64,000 nt of DNA, taken from Anaerolineae bacterium (GTDB taxonomy: Bacteria > Chloroflexota > Anaerolineae > S140-20). Where the stretch lies: positions 83,654 through 147,653 of the forward strand of contig JALUTT010000048.1 of NCBI GenBank assembly GCA_027021705.1, written 5' to 3'. Positions 1 to 9,330 of the stretch are shown here, one piece after another. Under the pieces are notes generated by a model. The model searched no databases and was not told where the DNA came from. It was given only the letters and a program-made list of their open reading frames with translations. Every line of letters starts with the position of its first letter. Position 1 is the first letter of the stretch. Made by a program: the position numbers and the translations under genes.

Positions 1-3000
1 GCCTGAGCACGGCCCTGGATCGGGATGAACTCTTCCGTATCTTGAGTCAGGAACTGGGCCGCATCCTTCCTTTCCACCAGCTCCACATCGCCCTCTACGA
101 CCCTCAGCGGGATTCCGAGCACTGCCGGCTGATCCCTCTAGGGAAGGAAGCCTTCCACGCGGTGCAGACCTTCCCCGTCGAGGATAGCCTGATGGGAGAG
201 GTGTTGCAGAGCGGTCGTCCTCTGTTGTTGAAAGACCTCGCCCTCTCGTCGGAAGAGATGGGGTCGAACCACCAAGACCGCCGCTATCTCCTCCAGACGG
301 GCGTTCGCTCGGCGATCTTCGTCCCCCTGGGAACCCATGGGCGCCAACTAGGGGTGCTGAGCGTGGGCCATGCAGAGGCCGGCTTCTACACCCAGGATGA
401 CCTGGCCCTCTTCCAGCAGGTTGCTGCTCAGGTGGCCGTTGCCCACGAGAACGCCCGCCTCTTCCACGAGACGCGGCGTCGGGCCCGTCAGTTGCAGGAC
501 CTCTACGATGCCGGGCTTGCCCTCTCCTCCATCGCCTCGCTGGAGGAGGTGATGGAGCGGGTTGCTCAAGCGGCTCAGAAGCTGACCCAGGCCAGCCTGA
601 CCACGGTCTTCGTCTACGATGAGGACCTGGGTCGCTATCGTCGGGCCGCCGCGGCCGACGCGCCGGAGCGGCTGGCCTCCTCGCCGGTCATCTACCCCCG
701 TCGGGGAGGCTTCACCGACAAGATCGCCCGCAGCGGTCGCCCCCTCGTCGTCCCCGATGTCGAGGCCGATCCCGACGTGAACCCGGGTGCTCTGGAGTCG
801 GGGATGCACTCCCTGGTGGGAATTCCGATGCAGATGATGGGACAGGAGGCCATCGGGGTCATCTTCTGTGCCCATACCGAGAAGCATTACTTCACCGAGG
901 AGCACGTGGAGACCCTCTCCTTCCTGGCCGTCCAGGCGGCGATCGCGCTGCAGAACGCCCGATCCTTCGCCCAAGTGGAACGCCGGCGGCTGCAACTGGA
1001 GACCGCGGCCGAGGTCGCCCGGGTGACCACCGCCGTTCTGGACCTGGACGAGCTGCTGGAGCGGACGATCAGCCTGCTCCAAGAGCGGTTTGGCCTCTAC
1101 TATGCGGGCATCTTCCTGCTGGACGAGACGGGGTCGTGGGCGGTGTTGCGGGCCGGAACCGGAGAGGCTGGTCGTCGGATGGTGGAGCGTGGACACCGGC
1201 TGCAGGTAGGCGGCAATTCGATGATCGGCTGGTGCACGGCCCATGGAGAGCCCCGCGTGGCCCTGGACGTGAGCAAGGAACGGGTGCGCTTCATCAACCC
1301 GCTGTTGCCCGACACCCGCTCGGAGATGGCCCTGCCCCTCATCAGCCGGGGGCGGGTGATCGGCGCGATGACCATCCAGTCCGATCAGACCGAGGCCTTC
1401 TCCCGGGCCGACGTCGCCACCATCCAACTGATGGCCGACCAGTTGGCCAACGCCATCGAGAACGTCCGGCTCTTCCAGGAGACCCAGACCAGCCTGGTGG
1501 AGACCGAGGCCCTCTATCGGGCCAGCCGGCGGGTGGGGGAGGCCCAGTCCATCGAAAGCGTCCTAGAAGGTGCGGCAGAGTTGGCCGAGGTTCTGATCCC
1601 GGAGGCCGGCAGCATCTCCATCAGCCTGATTACCCGCTGGGACGAGGCCGGAGAGCCGACGGCTGCCGACATTCACGTCCTCTCCCTGGGCACGGGCCAG
1701 CGGATCCCGCTGCCGACCCTCACCGATTTTCCCATCACCGATCGGGAGACGGCGAGGATGGTCCTGGGCGAGCCCGAAGCAGTCGTCATCTACGCCGATG
1801 CCGACGATCCCACCTGTTCTATGCCCGAGGAGGTGCGGGAGGTGATGCACAACAGCGGCACCCGGGGAATGGTCACGCTGGGCCTGCTCGCCCGAGGCCG
1901 CTCCTTGGGATTCCTCTCCTTCAGCAGTTCGGCGCCACTCACCGAGTTCCCGGAACGTCACGTCCGGCGTCTCCGCACCCTGGCCGACCAGATCGCGGTG
2001 ACCCTGGACAACCTGCAGCTCTTCCGGCAGACTACGGAGGCGCTGGAAGAGACCCAGACCTACTATGACATCAGCCGGCAACTGCTGGAGGCCCAGACGG
2101 TGGAAGAGGTGCTGGCGGCTGCGCTGGCCTTTCTGCAGGAGCCGGATGTGGACAGTGCCAGCATCTTCCTGGTGGGTGGACCGCCGGAGGCCCTATGGCT
2201 GGAGCGGGTTGCGGTCAAGGGCATTCGGGAGAGGACCGAAGCCCCGCTGGGCGATCGGATCCCGATGGACCTGTATGGACTAGATCGCCTGCTCGCTCCC
2301 GGTCGTACGGTTGTGGTCGAGGATGTGGCCCGCGATACCCGGATTACGGAGCCGCTGCGGGAGATGTTGACAGAGTTGGGAAAGCGGGCCGTCGTCTTCG
2401 TGCCGATGCAGACGGGGCAGCAGCTGGTAGGGACTTTGCTGGTTGCCCAAAACTATCCCTACCGCTTCTCCAAACGTCAGATCCGGCTCTACGAGGTTGT
2501 GGCGGCCCAGACATCGGTAGCCTTGGAGAACCGGCGCCTGCTGGAGGAGACCCGACGGCGGGCCGTCCAGTTGGAGGCAGCGGCCAAGGTGGGGCGTTCG
2601 GCCACCTCCATCCTGGAGCGCGAGCAACTGCTGCCGGCCGTCGTCGAGTTGATCCGCGACCACTTCGGCTACTACCACGCTCAGATCTTCCTGATAGACG
2701 AGACGGGGCGGTGGGCGGAACTCCAGGCCAGCACCGGTGAGATCGGCAGGATATTGCTGGAGCGAGGACATGCTCTGGAGGTGGGCAGCGACTCGGTGAT
2801 CGGCTGGGTGACCCGTTATGGGCAGCCCCGCGTCGCCCGCGTGGGCGAGGACCGGGTTCACTTCCGCAACGAACTCCTGCCTGATACCCGGGCCGAGTTG
2901 GCCATCCCTCTCATCCTGGGAGGCCGCGTCATCGGAGCCTTGGATGTGCAGAGCACCGACCCCGAAGCTTTCGGCGAGGACGAGGTCGCGGTGCTTCAAC

Positions 3001-4589
3001 TCGTGGCGGACCAGATCACCATCGCCATCGAGAACGCTCGCCTCTACGACGAGCAGAAGCGGGTGGCCGAGAAGCTGCGCGAGGTGGATCGGCTGAAGTC
3101 TCAGTTCCTGGCCAATATGTCCCACGAGTTGCGGACACCGCTGAACTCCATCATCGGCTTCTCGCGGGTGATCCTCAAGGGCATTGATGGTCCCCTCACC
3201 GACCTGCAGCGGCAAGACCTGGAAGCGATTCACAACAGTGGTCAACACCTGCTAGGGTTGATCAACGACATCCTGGACCTCTCCAAGATCGAGGCAGGTC
3301 GGATGGAGCTGGTCTTCGAGGAGGTCAACCTCTACGACATCATCGAAGGCGTGATGGCGACGGCCAAGGCGCTGGTCAAGGACAAGTCCATCGAGCTGCG
3401 CAAGGAAGTTGCCGAGGACCTGCCGACCATTATCGCCGACGGCAAGCGGATCCGTCAGGTGATGCTCAACCTGCTCTCCAATGCGGCCAAGTTCACCGAA
3501 GAGGGATACATCTGCTTGCGAGCCCAGGCCGACGACCGCTACGTGACCATCAGCATCGAGGACACCGGGATCGGTATCCCGCCGGAGAAGCACGAGGAGA
3601 TCTTCCAGGAGTTTACCCAGGTGGATGCCTCTACGACACGCCGTTACGCGGGAACGGGCCTGGGGCTGCCCATCAGCCGCCACTTCGTCGAGATGCACGG
3701 CGGGCGGATCTGGGTGGAGAGCGAACTGGGGAAGGGTTCGACCTTCTACTTCACGCTGCCCATCCGTGGACCCAAGCAGGAGGAGGAGCCTTCTGAGGGC
3801 GAGGGTGTGGCCGTAGAGGTGGGGAAGAAGCTGATCCTGGTGGTAGATGACGACGAGAGCGTCATCACCCTCTACAAGCGCTATCTGGACAAGCGTGATT
3901 ACCAGGTCGTTGGCCTGACAGAGAGTCAACAGGCACTCCAGTGGGCGATGAACCTGAAGCCCTATGCCATCATCCTGGACATCCTAATGCCGCGCAAGGA
4001 TGGCTGGAGTGTAATCCAGGAATTGAAGTCCACGCCGGAGACCCGGGACATTCCCGTGATCATCTGCAGCATCGTGGGTGATACCGGTCGGGGCTTCAGC
4101 TTGGGGGCTGCTGACTACTTGGTCAAGCCGATTATGGAAGACGAACTGCTCAATGCGCTGTCCCGGCTAGACGGACAAGCCCAAGAGAAAGTCCTGATCA
4201 TTGACGACAACCCTGACGACATCCAGTTGCTGCGCCGCATCCTGGAGGAGGGGCAGGGGTGCATGGTGCTGGAGGCCAGCAACGGTGCTGACGGCATCGC
4301 CCTGATCCAGGCCGAGCGTCCTAATCTGGTCATCTTGGACTTGATGATGCCGGAGGTGGATGGCTTCGCCGTGTTGGAGGCGGTTAAGGCCAATCCCTCT
4401 ACTCGGGATATCCCTATCATCGTGGTGACGGCGAAGGACCTCTCCGAAGAGGATCGCCAACGGCTTGCAGGACGCACCATCTCTCTGTTGCAGAAAGGGA
4501 TCTTTCAGCAGGAGGAGCTGCTCGAGGATGTGGCTGAGGCTTTGGCCCGGTTGACGGCTAACCAATCCCGGTCCCAAGAGCAGGCGTAG
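1..4589 (+). CDS. Multi-GAF hybrid sensor histidine kinase (about 6 GAF + HisKA + HATPase_c + 2 REC), 5'-partial
   Basis: Frame is open back to nt 3. Repeated GAF ends (QVAVAHENARL, QLANAIENVRL, QITIAIENARL), H-box FLANMSHELRTPL, N-box NLLSNAAKFT, G-box GTGLGL, and two receivers (LVVDDD..ILDILMP; IIDDN..ILDLMMP). Confidence 0.95.
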   Translation, partial: LSTALDRDELFRILSQELGRILPFHQLHIALYDPQRDSEHCRLIPLGKEAFHAVQTFPVEDSLMGEVLQSGRPLLLKDLALSSEEMGSNHQDRRYLLQTGVRSAIFVPLGTHGRQLGVLSVGHAEAGFYTQDDLALFQQVAAQVAVAHENARLFHETRRRARQLQDLYDAGLALSSIASLEEVMERVAQAAQKLTQASLTTVFVYDEDLGRYRRAAAADAPERLASSPVIYPRRGGFTDKIARSGRPLVVPDVEADPDVNPGALESGMHSLVGIPMQMMGQEAIGVIFCAHTEKHYFTEEHVETLSFLAVQAAIALQNARSFAQVERRRLQLETAAEVARVTTAVLDLDELLERTISLLQERFGLYYAGIFLLDETGSWAVLRAGTGEAGRRMVERGHRLQVGGNSMIGWCTAHGEPRVALDVSKERVRFINPLLPDTRSEMALPLISRGRVIGAMTIQSDQTEAFSRADVATIQLMADQLANAIENVRLFQETQTSLVETEALYRASRRVGEAQSIESVLEGAAELAEVLIPEAGSISISLITRWDEAGEPTAADIHVLSLGTGQRIPLPTLTDFPITDRETARMVLGEPEAVVIYADADDPTCSMPEEVREVMHNSGTRGMVTLGLLARGRSLGFLSFSSSAPLTEFPERHVRRLRTLADQIAVTLDNLQLFRQTTEALEETQTYYDISRQLLEAQTVEEVLAAALAFLQEPDVDSASIFLVGGPPEALWLERVAVKGIRERTEAPLGDRIPMDLYGLDRLLAPGRTVVVEDVARDTRITEPLREMLTELGKRAVVFVPMQTGQQLVGTLLVAQNYPYRFSKRQIRLYEVVAAQTSVALENRRLLEETRRRAVQLEAAAKVGRSATSILEREQLLPAVVELIRDHFGYYHAQIFLIDETGRWAELQASTGEIGRILLERGHALEVGSDSVIGWVTRYGQPRVARVGEDRVHFRNELLPDTRAELAIPLILGGRVIGALDVQSTDPEAFGEDEVAVLQLVADQITIAIENARLYDEQKRVAEKLREVDRLKSQFLANMSHELRTPLNSIIGFSRVILKGIDGPLTDLQRQDLEAIHNSGQHLLGLINDILDLSKIEAGRMELVFEEVNLYDIIEGVMATAKALVKDKSIELRKEVAEDLPTIIADGKRIRQVMLNLLSNAAKFTEEGYICLRAQADDRYVTISIEDTGIGIPPEKHEEIFQEFTQVDASTTRRYAGTGLGLPISRHFVEMHGGRIWVESELGKGSTFYFTLPIRGPKQEEEPSEGEGVAVEVGKKLILVVDDDESVITLYKRYLDKRDYQVVGLTESQQALQWAMNLKPYAIILDILMPRKDGWSVIQELKSTPETRDIPVIICSIVGDTGRGFSLGAADYLVKPIMEDELLNALSRLDGQAQEKVLIIDDNPDDIQLLRRILEEGQGCMVLEASNGADGIALIQAERPNLVILDLMMPEVDGFAVLEAVKANPSTRDIPIIVVTAKDLSEEDRQRLAGRTISLLQKGIFQQEELLEDVAEALARLTANQSRSQEQA

Positions 4590-4591
4590 GT

Positions 4592-4647
4592 CCCCGCCGA
4601 GGTGGGAAAGGATAGCATCGTTGTGCTTCCACCCCGCCGAGGTGGGA
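4592..4647. repeat. 16-bp direct repeat CCCCGCCGAGGTGGGA x2 (40-bp period), each a small hairpin
   Basis: Identical copies at 4592-4607 and 4632-4647 in the kinase/ThrC intergenic region. Confidence 0.8.
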
Positions 4648-4709
4648 TCTACCGGCAACTGGACCTTATCCCCCAAAAGTGCGCGCGGAAGGAAGGAGTC
4701 AAAGAAGCC

Positions 4710-6374
4710 ATGGGCAAGAATCACTTTTGGCTGAAGTGCCCGCAATGCGGCCATCGTTTCCTCTACAAAGGGCTCGTAACAGCCTGCCCTCGTTGCAGCC
4801 ACGCCTGGCTGGACGTCGAGTACGATTACGACGCTCTGGCCCCCCGTCTGCGCCAACTGTTGGAGAGCCGCCCCTTTACCAGCATGTGGCGGTATCGGGA
4901 ACTGCTCCCGGTGCTCCACGACGAGAACATCGTGACGATGGGGGAAGGCGGAACACCGCTGCTCCACAGCCAGCATCTGGGAATGATGCTAGGGCATCCC
5001 TACATCTACGTGAAGGACGAACGGCAGGGACCGACGGGCTCCTTTAAGGATCGTCAGGCTTCCCTGGCTATCTCCCTTATGAAGGAGAACGGGATCACAG
5101 AGGGTGTATTGGCTTCGACGGGCAATGTTGCCATCTCCTACTCCGCCTACTCAGCCCTGGCCGGCATCAAGCTCTGGGCCTTTGTCACCAGCACGGTGCC
5201 GGCCGACAAGATGCGCGAGGTTGCCCTCTATGGCACGGAGGTGATCAAGGTTACGGCGACCTACGATCAGACCAAGGAAGTGGCGGCCCGCTTTGCTCAG
5301 CACAAAGGGCTCTACCTGGATCGAGGCATCCGCGCTTTTGCCAGCCGACAAAGTATGAAGACCATCGCCTACGAGATCGCTGAGCAGTTGGGCTGGCGGG
5401 CCCCCGACTGGTACATCCAGGCCGTCAGCGGGGGCCTCGGCCCTGTCGGCGTCTGGCAGGGCTTCGAGGAACTCTACCGGATGGGGCTGATCCCCAACCT
5501 GCCCAAGCTGGCCAGCATCCAGGTGACCGGCTGCGCCCCGATGGTCCATTCCTTCCGCAAGGGGCTGGCCGAGGTGGAGCCCGTGCTCAACCCGCAGACC
5601 CTCATCGCTACGGTGGCGACGGGTAATCCAGGACCGGCCTATCCCTTCCTGCGGCGCGTCGTGCTGGAGCACGGAGGGGCCTTCGAAGAGGTCACCGACG
5701 AAGAAGCGTTCCGGGCGATGCGGGTGATGGCCCGAATGGAAGGGCTTTCTATGGAACCGGCTGCCGCTATGGCTTTCGCCGGTCTCTTCAAGCTGATCCA
5801 GAAGGGGATCATCCGTAAGGATGAGATCGTCGTCGTCAACTGCTCGGGTCACACCTTTCCCGTGGAGAAGCACCTGCTGGACGAGGAGTGGGTCCACAGC
5901 CTGGAACTGCCCTCGGAAATGGTCGCCGAGCCAGGGCCGGCTGTTCTAAAGGAAGAGGGGCTTCTGGCCTCGCTGGAACGGCTGGACGACCGGGTGCGGA
6001 GTGTGGCCATCATTGACGATGAGCCCGATGCCGTCCGCCTGCTGCGGCGGATCATCCAGGCCAAAGGCGGCTACCAGATCTACGAAGCCTATGATGGTCG
6101 CCAGGGCCTCCAGCTCATCCGCGAGAAGCGGCCTGACCTGGTGCTGCTGGACCTGATGATGCCGGGGATGGACGGCTTTGCCGTCCTGACGGCGATGAAG
6201 GAGGACCCTCAGATCGCGACCATCCCGGTGATCGTCATCACGGCCAAGGACCTGACCACTCAGGAACGGCGTTGGTTAAGCGGGAAGGTGGAGTCCCTGC
6301 TGCAGAAAGGATCCTACATGGACCTGGATGCCCTGGATGCGCTGGTTGGCGAGCTCTCGACGGCGGTAGGCTGA
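4710..6374 (+). CDS. thrC: Threonine synthase-like PLP-dependent enzyme fused to a C-terminal receiver (REC) domain
   Basis: ATG 4710 after AAGGAG. N-terminal CPQC..CPRC ribbon, PLP lysine motif PTGSFKDR, ASTGN, VSGGLG, MEPAAA. C-terminal REC: IIDDEPD..LLDLMMP..ITAK. Confidence 0.85.
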   Translation: MGKNHFWLKCPQCGHRFLYKGLVTACPRCSHAWLDVEYDYDALAPRLRQLLESRPFTSMWRYRELLPVLHDENIVTMGEGGTPLLHSQHLGMMLGHPYIYVKDERQGPTGSFKDRQASLAISLMKENGITEGVLASTGNVAISYSAYSALAGIKLWAFVTSTVPADKMREVALYGTEVIKVTATYDQTKEVAARFAQHKGLYLDRGIRAFASRQSMKTIAYEIAEQLGWRAPDWYIQAVSGGLGPVGVWQGFEELYRMGLIPNLPKLASIQVTGCAPMVHSFRKGLAEVEPVLNPQTLIATVATGNPGPAYPFLRRVVLEHGGAFEEVTDEEAFRAMRVMARMEGLSMEPAAAMAFAGLFKLIQKGIIRKDEIVVVNCSGHTFPVEKHLLDEEWVHSLELPSEMVAEPGPAVLKEEGLLASLERLDDRVRSVAIIDDEPDAVRLLRRIIQAKGGYQIYEAYDGRQGLQLIREKRPDLVLLDLMMPGMDGFAVLTAMKEDPQIATIPVIVITAKDLTTQERRWLSGKVESLLQKGSYMDLDALDALVGELSTAVG

Positions 6375-6400
6375 GCCCGGAGAGACGGCACGGTAGAACG

Positions 6401-6476
6401 CGGGGTAGTGGCTCATCTCCATCGGACAGTCAGCGGGGTTGGTTCCCCCGGCCGATGGGATGGGCCGACTACCCCG
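6401..6476. terminator. Long stem-loop after thrC-REC (possible terminator or insulator)
   Basis: CGGGGTAGT-GGC-TCATCTCCATCGG pairs with CCGATGGGATGGGCC-G-ACTACCCCG, followed by TTGTTCTT. Confidence 0.55.
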
Positions 6477-6487
6477 TTGTTCTTGCC

Positions 6488-6516
6488 TTGACACTCCTCG
6501 CTTCTTCCCTTACAAT
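6488..6516 (+). promoter_or_regulatory. Sigma70-type promoter of the R-M operon
   Basis: TTGACA (6488-6493), N17, TACAAT (6511-6516); RBS AGGAGG before GTG 6568. Confidence 0.8.
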
Positions 6517-6567
6517 TCCATCGGCTGCAGGGAGCCCTTCCAGGGCCGATGAAGCAGGAGGTTCCTA

Positions 6568-7920
6568 GTGTCTACCGTGATTCAACGGTTTGCGGAACAA
6601 TCAGCTACCCAGGGTGCAACCCAAGCCCGTGAGGCGCTTGAGGCACGTTATCTCCCCTACTTTGAGGAACGGCTACGCTTGCGTCAGTTGGTTACCTATG
6701 TGCCCAATAAAACTGCGCCCATTCATCGGTGGTTCCAGTACAAAGAGGGTTTCTCTTTCCGGCTTGTCGAGCTCTTTCTACGCGAGTTCAAGGCGGACCC
6801 GGACCGCTATCGGGTCTTTGATCCCTTCGTCGGTTGCGGCACAACCCCTTTGGTTGCCAAGCAGATGGGCTTCGGAGCGTGGGGTATTGACATCCTGCCG
6901 GTAGCCGTTTTCGTCGCCCGGGTGAAGCTCCGTGGCTCAGAGATGTACGATCTGTCCCGCTTGCGATCGGAGATCGAGCGGCTGTTGTCCACGCCTTTCC
7001 ATCCCCCTGCTCTCTCTGCCCCCCAAGACATACAGATTATCCGGTTAGCCTACGACCCTGCGATCCTTGAAGAGATTCTCTTTTTCAAGGAGGAAATCCT
7101 GCGGGTTGAAGATGAGACGCTCCGGGAGTTCCTGCTGCTGGGGCTTATGAGCATTCTTGAGAAGGTGAGTTACACCAGCAAAGATGGTCAGTATCTGCGA
7201 CTACGGCGGGATAAGGAGATACCCGCCGTGCGGGATGTCCTGCGCTCTCAGTTGGAGATGATGTACGATGATCTGGCCGGCCGACCAGCGCAATTGGAAT
7301 TCCCCGGCTTTAGGGTGGGAAGGGCTGACGGTCGTGGTGGTAAACGATGTTACGTCGCTCAAGCGGATGCTCGCTCCTTTGCCGATGCATTTGACGACTA
7401 TGCCGACATCATTATCACCTCTCCGCCCTACCTCAATCGCTACGATTACAGCCGCATCTACAGCTTGGAGTTGTGCTTACAGTTTGTCAATGAGTTTGAG
7501 GAATTAAAGCGGGTGCGTCATAGCCTTTTGCGATCCCACATTGAGTCCCGCAAACCGCCGACCGACGATGTCCATCACCCGGCTTTGGTGGAGATACTGG
7601 ACAACTTGGCAGGACAGGACCTGAACAACCCGCGTATCCCGGTGATGATCAAAGGGTACTTTGAAGATATGAACCAGGTACTGGGGCAACTGGCTCAGGT
7701 ATGCCGCTCGGGGGCACGGGTGGCGTTGGTCGTCGCCAATGCTCGGTTCCACGGCGAGCTCATCCCCGTTGACCTCTTGCTCTCTGATTTGGCGAGGGAG
7801 AACGGATTTGAGGTCGAGCGCGTCATCATCACACGCTACAAGGGCAACTCCAGCCAGCAGATGGGACGTTTCGGTCGCGTGGCAGTGCGAGAGAGCATCC
7901 TCATTTGGAGGCGAGCTTAG
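6568..7920 (+). CDS. DNA amino-methyltransferase (probably N4-cytosine), type II R-M
   Basis: HRWFQYKEGFS, motif I DPFVGCGTT, motif IV TSPPY. Confidence 0.9.
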   Translation: MSTVIQRFAEQSATQGATQAREALEARYLPYFEERLRLRQLVTYVPNKTAPIHRWFQYKEGFSFRLVELFLREFKADPDRYRVFDPFVGCGTTPLVAKQMGFGAWGIDILPVAVFVARVKLRGSEMYDLSRLRSEIERLLSTPFHPPALSAPQDIQIIRLAYDPAILEEILFFKEEILRVEDETLREFLLLGLMSILEKVSYTSKDGQYLRLRRDKEIPAVRDVLRSQLEMMYDDLAGRPAQLEFPGFRVGRADGRGGKRCYVAQADARSFADAFDDYADIIITSPPYLNRYDYSRIYSLELCLQFVNEFEELKRVRHSLLRSHIESRKPPTDDVHHPALVEILDNLAGQDLNNPRIPVMIKGYFEDMNQVLGQLAQVCRSGARVALVVANARFHGELIPVDLLLSDLARENGFEVERVIITRYKGNSSQQMGRFGRVAVRESILIWRRA

Positions 7921-7923
7921 ACG

Positions 7924-9165
7924 ATGGCTCGACGTCGCCACAGGAAGCGGATTGCTGAGCAGCAAACCGGCTATCTGGCAGAGCAACCGCTGCCATCCTT
8001 TGCCAGTACCCCCGACGAGATCCAGCGTGCGGTAGAGCGCAACTCCATCAAGCGTGGCCTTTTCTTCATCCAAAACCTGGTGAGCCTGAATTTCTCCGCC
8101 CTCATCCGGCGCGTTGAGCAGCTCGCCCGGGAGTACGATAAAGAGGAATGGGCCGAGAAGGCGTCTTGGCTCTGGATTGAGACCGATGCCCTGAAGGCAC
8201 TGGACGCCTGTCAGCCCCCTGTGCCCTACCCCTGCTACTTCTGCACGCCTGATATCCTGATCCAGCATCCAGAGCTCGTGATGTACTATCGCAACGTGGC
8301 GATGGTCTCGCGAAAGGTGATGAACGACATGGGGCTGAGCACTAGCATGTATGAGGCTGGTCAGGTGCCACCCCCAGACGTCGCGCTCGATCTGGCCCGG
8401 CATTTCAACCGCATGATCAGTGCCCTGGTGGTCACCAACCCCGTGACGCCTCGGCGTCACCTGGAGATGGCCTACGCCAATCTGGGCGCAAGCTTCGATG
8501 GTTCCTGGCGCAACGAGGTAGGCAGACTGGCCTATGTTGAGGTCATCACGCCTCTGCTGCTCCACCTGCACAGTCTGGGCCATCTGCACAGCGTGGTCTA
8601 CACCCTCAAGGGGCCGGTCTTCGCGTCCGGCGGTGAGACTCTCCATTCCCGTGCGTCTCAAGAGTTGATCGTGGACGAGCAGACCGATCTGGAGGTAGCG
8701 CTGAGGCATCTGGAGGAGCAGCGGGTGGTATACCGGGAGGTCCGGCTGCGGAACGGGAACCGCCTTCTCCTAAATCGCCAAATCACCTGGTACGGTGCCG
8801 ATGGCGAAGCCTACCGGATCGGCCCCGATTTGCTCTCGTCGGGCGACGGGGCAGACATCTTGTGGGGAGGCGAATTGAAGGGCGGAGCTGACCCCGCCGG
8901 CTCGGATGAGCACTGGAAGACCGCGACGCGAACTTTCGAGCGGATCCTGTTGGCCTGCGAACGCACAGGTCGTCCAAAGCCACCTCTTTCATTCATTGCG
9001 ACCATTCTGGTCGAGCGGGTGGCACGCGAGGCTGCCGACTGGTTGAAAGAGGGTAAGTTGGTCTCGGTGTACAACCTCACACAAATCGCCGAGGATCCTG
9101 CCAAACAGCAGCAGTTCCTGAATGACCTCACCACGTTCCTTGGCTATCCGGCCCCCGCCGGATAG
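7924..9165 (+). CDS. Type II restriction endonuclease, BsoBI/AvaI-like catalytic motif with XcyI-like N-terminal region
   Basis: GPDLL..GELKGGADPAGSDEHWKTA matches my recollection of the BsoBI E-x-K..H motif; starts 3 nt after the MTase stop. Confidence 0.8.
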   Translation: MARRRHRKRIAEQQTGYLAEQPLPSFASTPDEIQRAVERNSIKRGLFFIQNLVSLNFSALIRRVEQLAREYDKEEWAEKASWLWIETDALKALDACQPPVPYPCYFCTPDILIQHPELVMYYRNVAMVSRKVMNDMGLSTSMYEAGQVPPPDVALDLARHFNRMISALVVTNPVTPRRHLEMAYANLGASFDGSWRNEVGRLAYVEVITPLLLHLHSLGHLHSVVYTLKGPVFASGGETLHSRASQELIVDEQTDLEVALRHLEEQRVVYREVRLRNGNRLLLNRQITWYGADGEAYRIGPDLLSSGDGADILWGGELKGGADPAGSDEHWKTATRTFERILLACERTGRPKPPLSFIATILVERVAREAADWLKEGKLVSVYNLTQIAEDPAKQQQFLNDLTTFLGYPAPAG

Positions 9166-9196
9166 CCCTGTATCGGCTGACATCGTTTGCCAGGAG

Positions 9197-9317
9197 GTAA
9201 CTGTTCACCCTCCCGCAGGTTAGGCGCGTTTCCGACGCGAAACCGTGCTCAAATAGCCCATCGGGGCCGAAATCGCCCTCGACCGGTGACCTGCGGGAGG
9301 GCAGGCTGAATGGATAC
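9197..9317 (-). mobile_element. MITE family A copy 1 (GTA..TAC ends, 8-bp TSD)
   Basis: Reverse complement of the copies at 41711, 45021 and 57737. Flanks GCCAGGAG (9189-9196) and GCTAGGAG (9318-9325). Confidence 0.85.
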
Positions 9318-9330
9318 GCTAGGAGGTCCT

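Noticed and set aside
6568..9165. Inferring the R-M target from site avoidance
   Set aside because: CCCGGG, CTCGAG and CYCGRG sites are common in this window; no visible depletion, and I cannot compute statistics.
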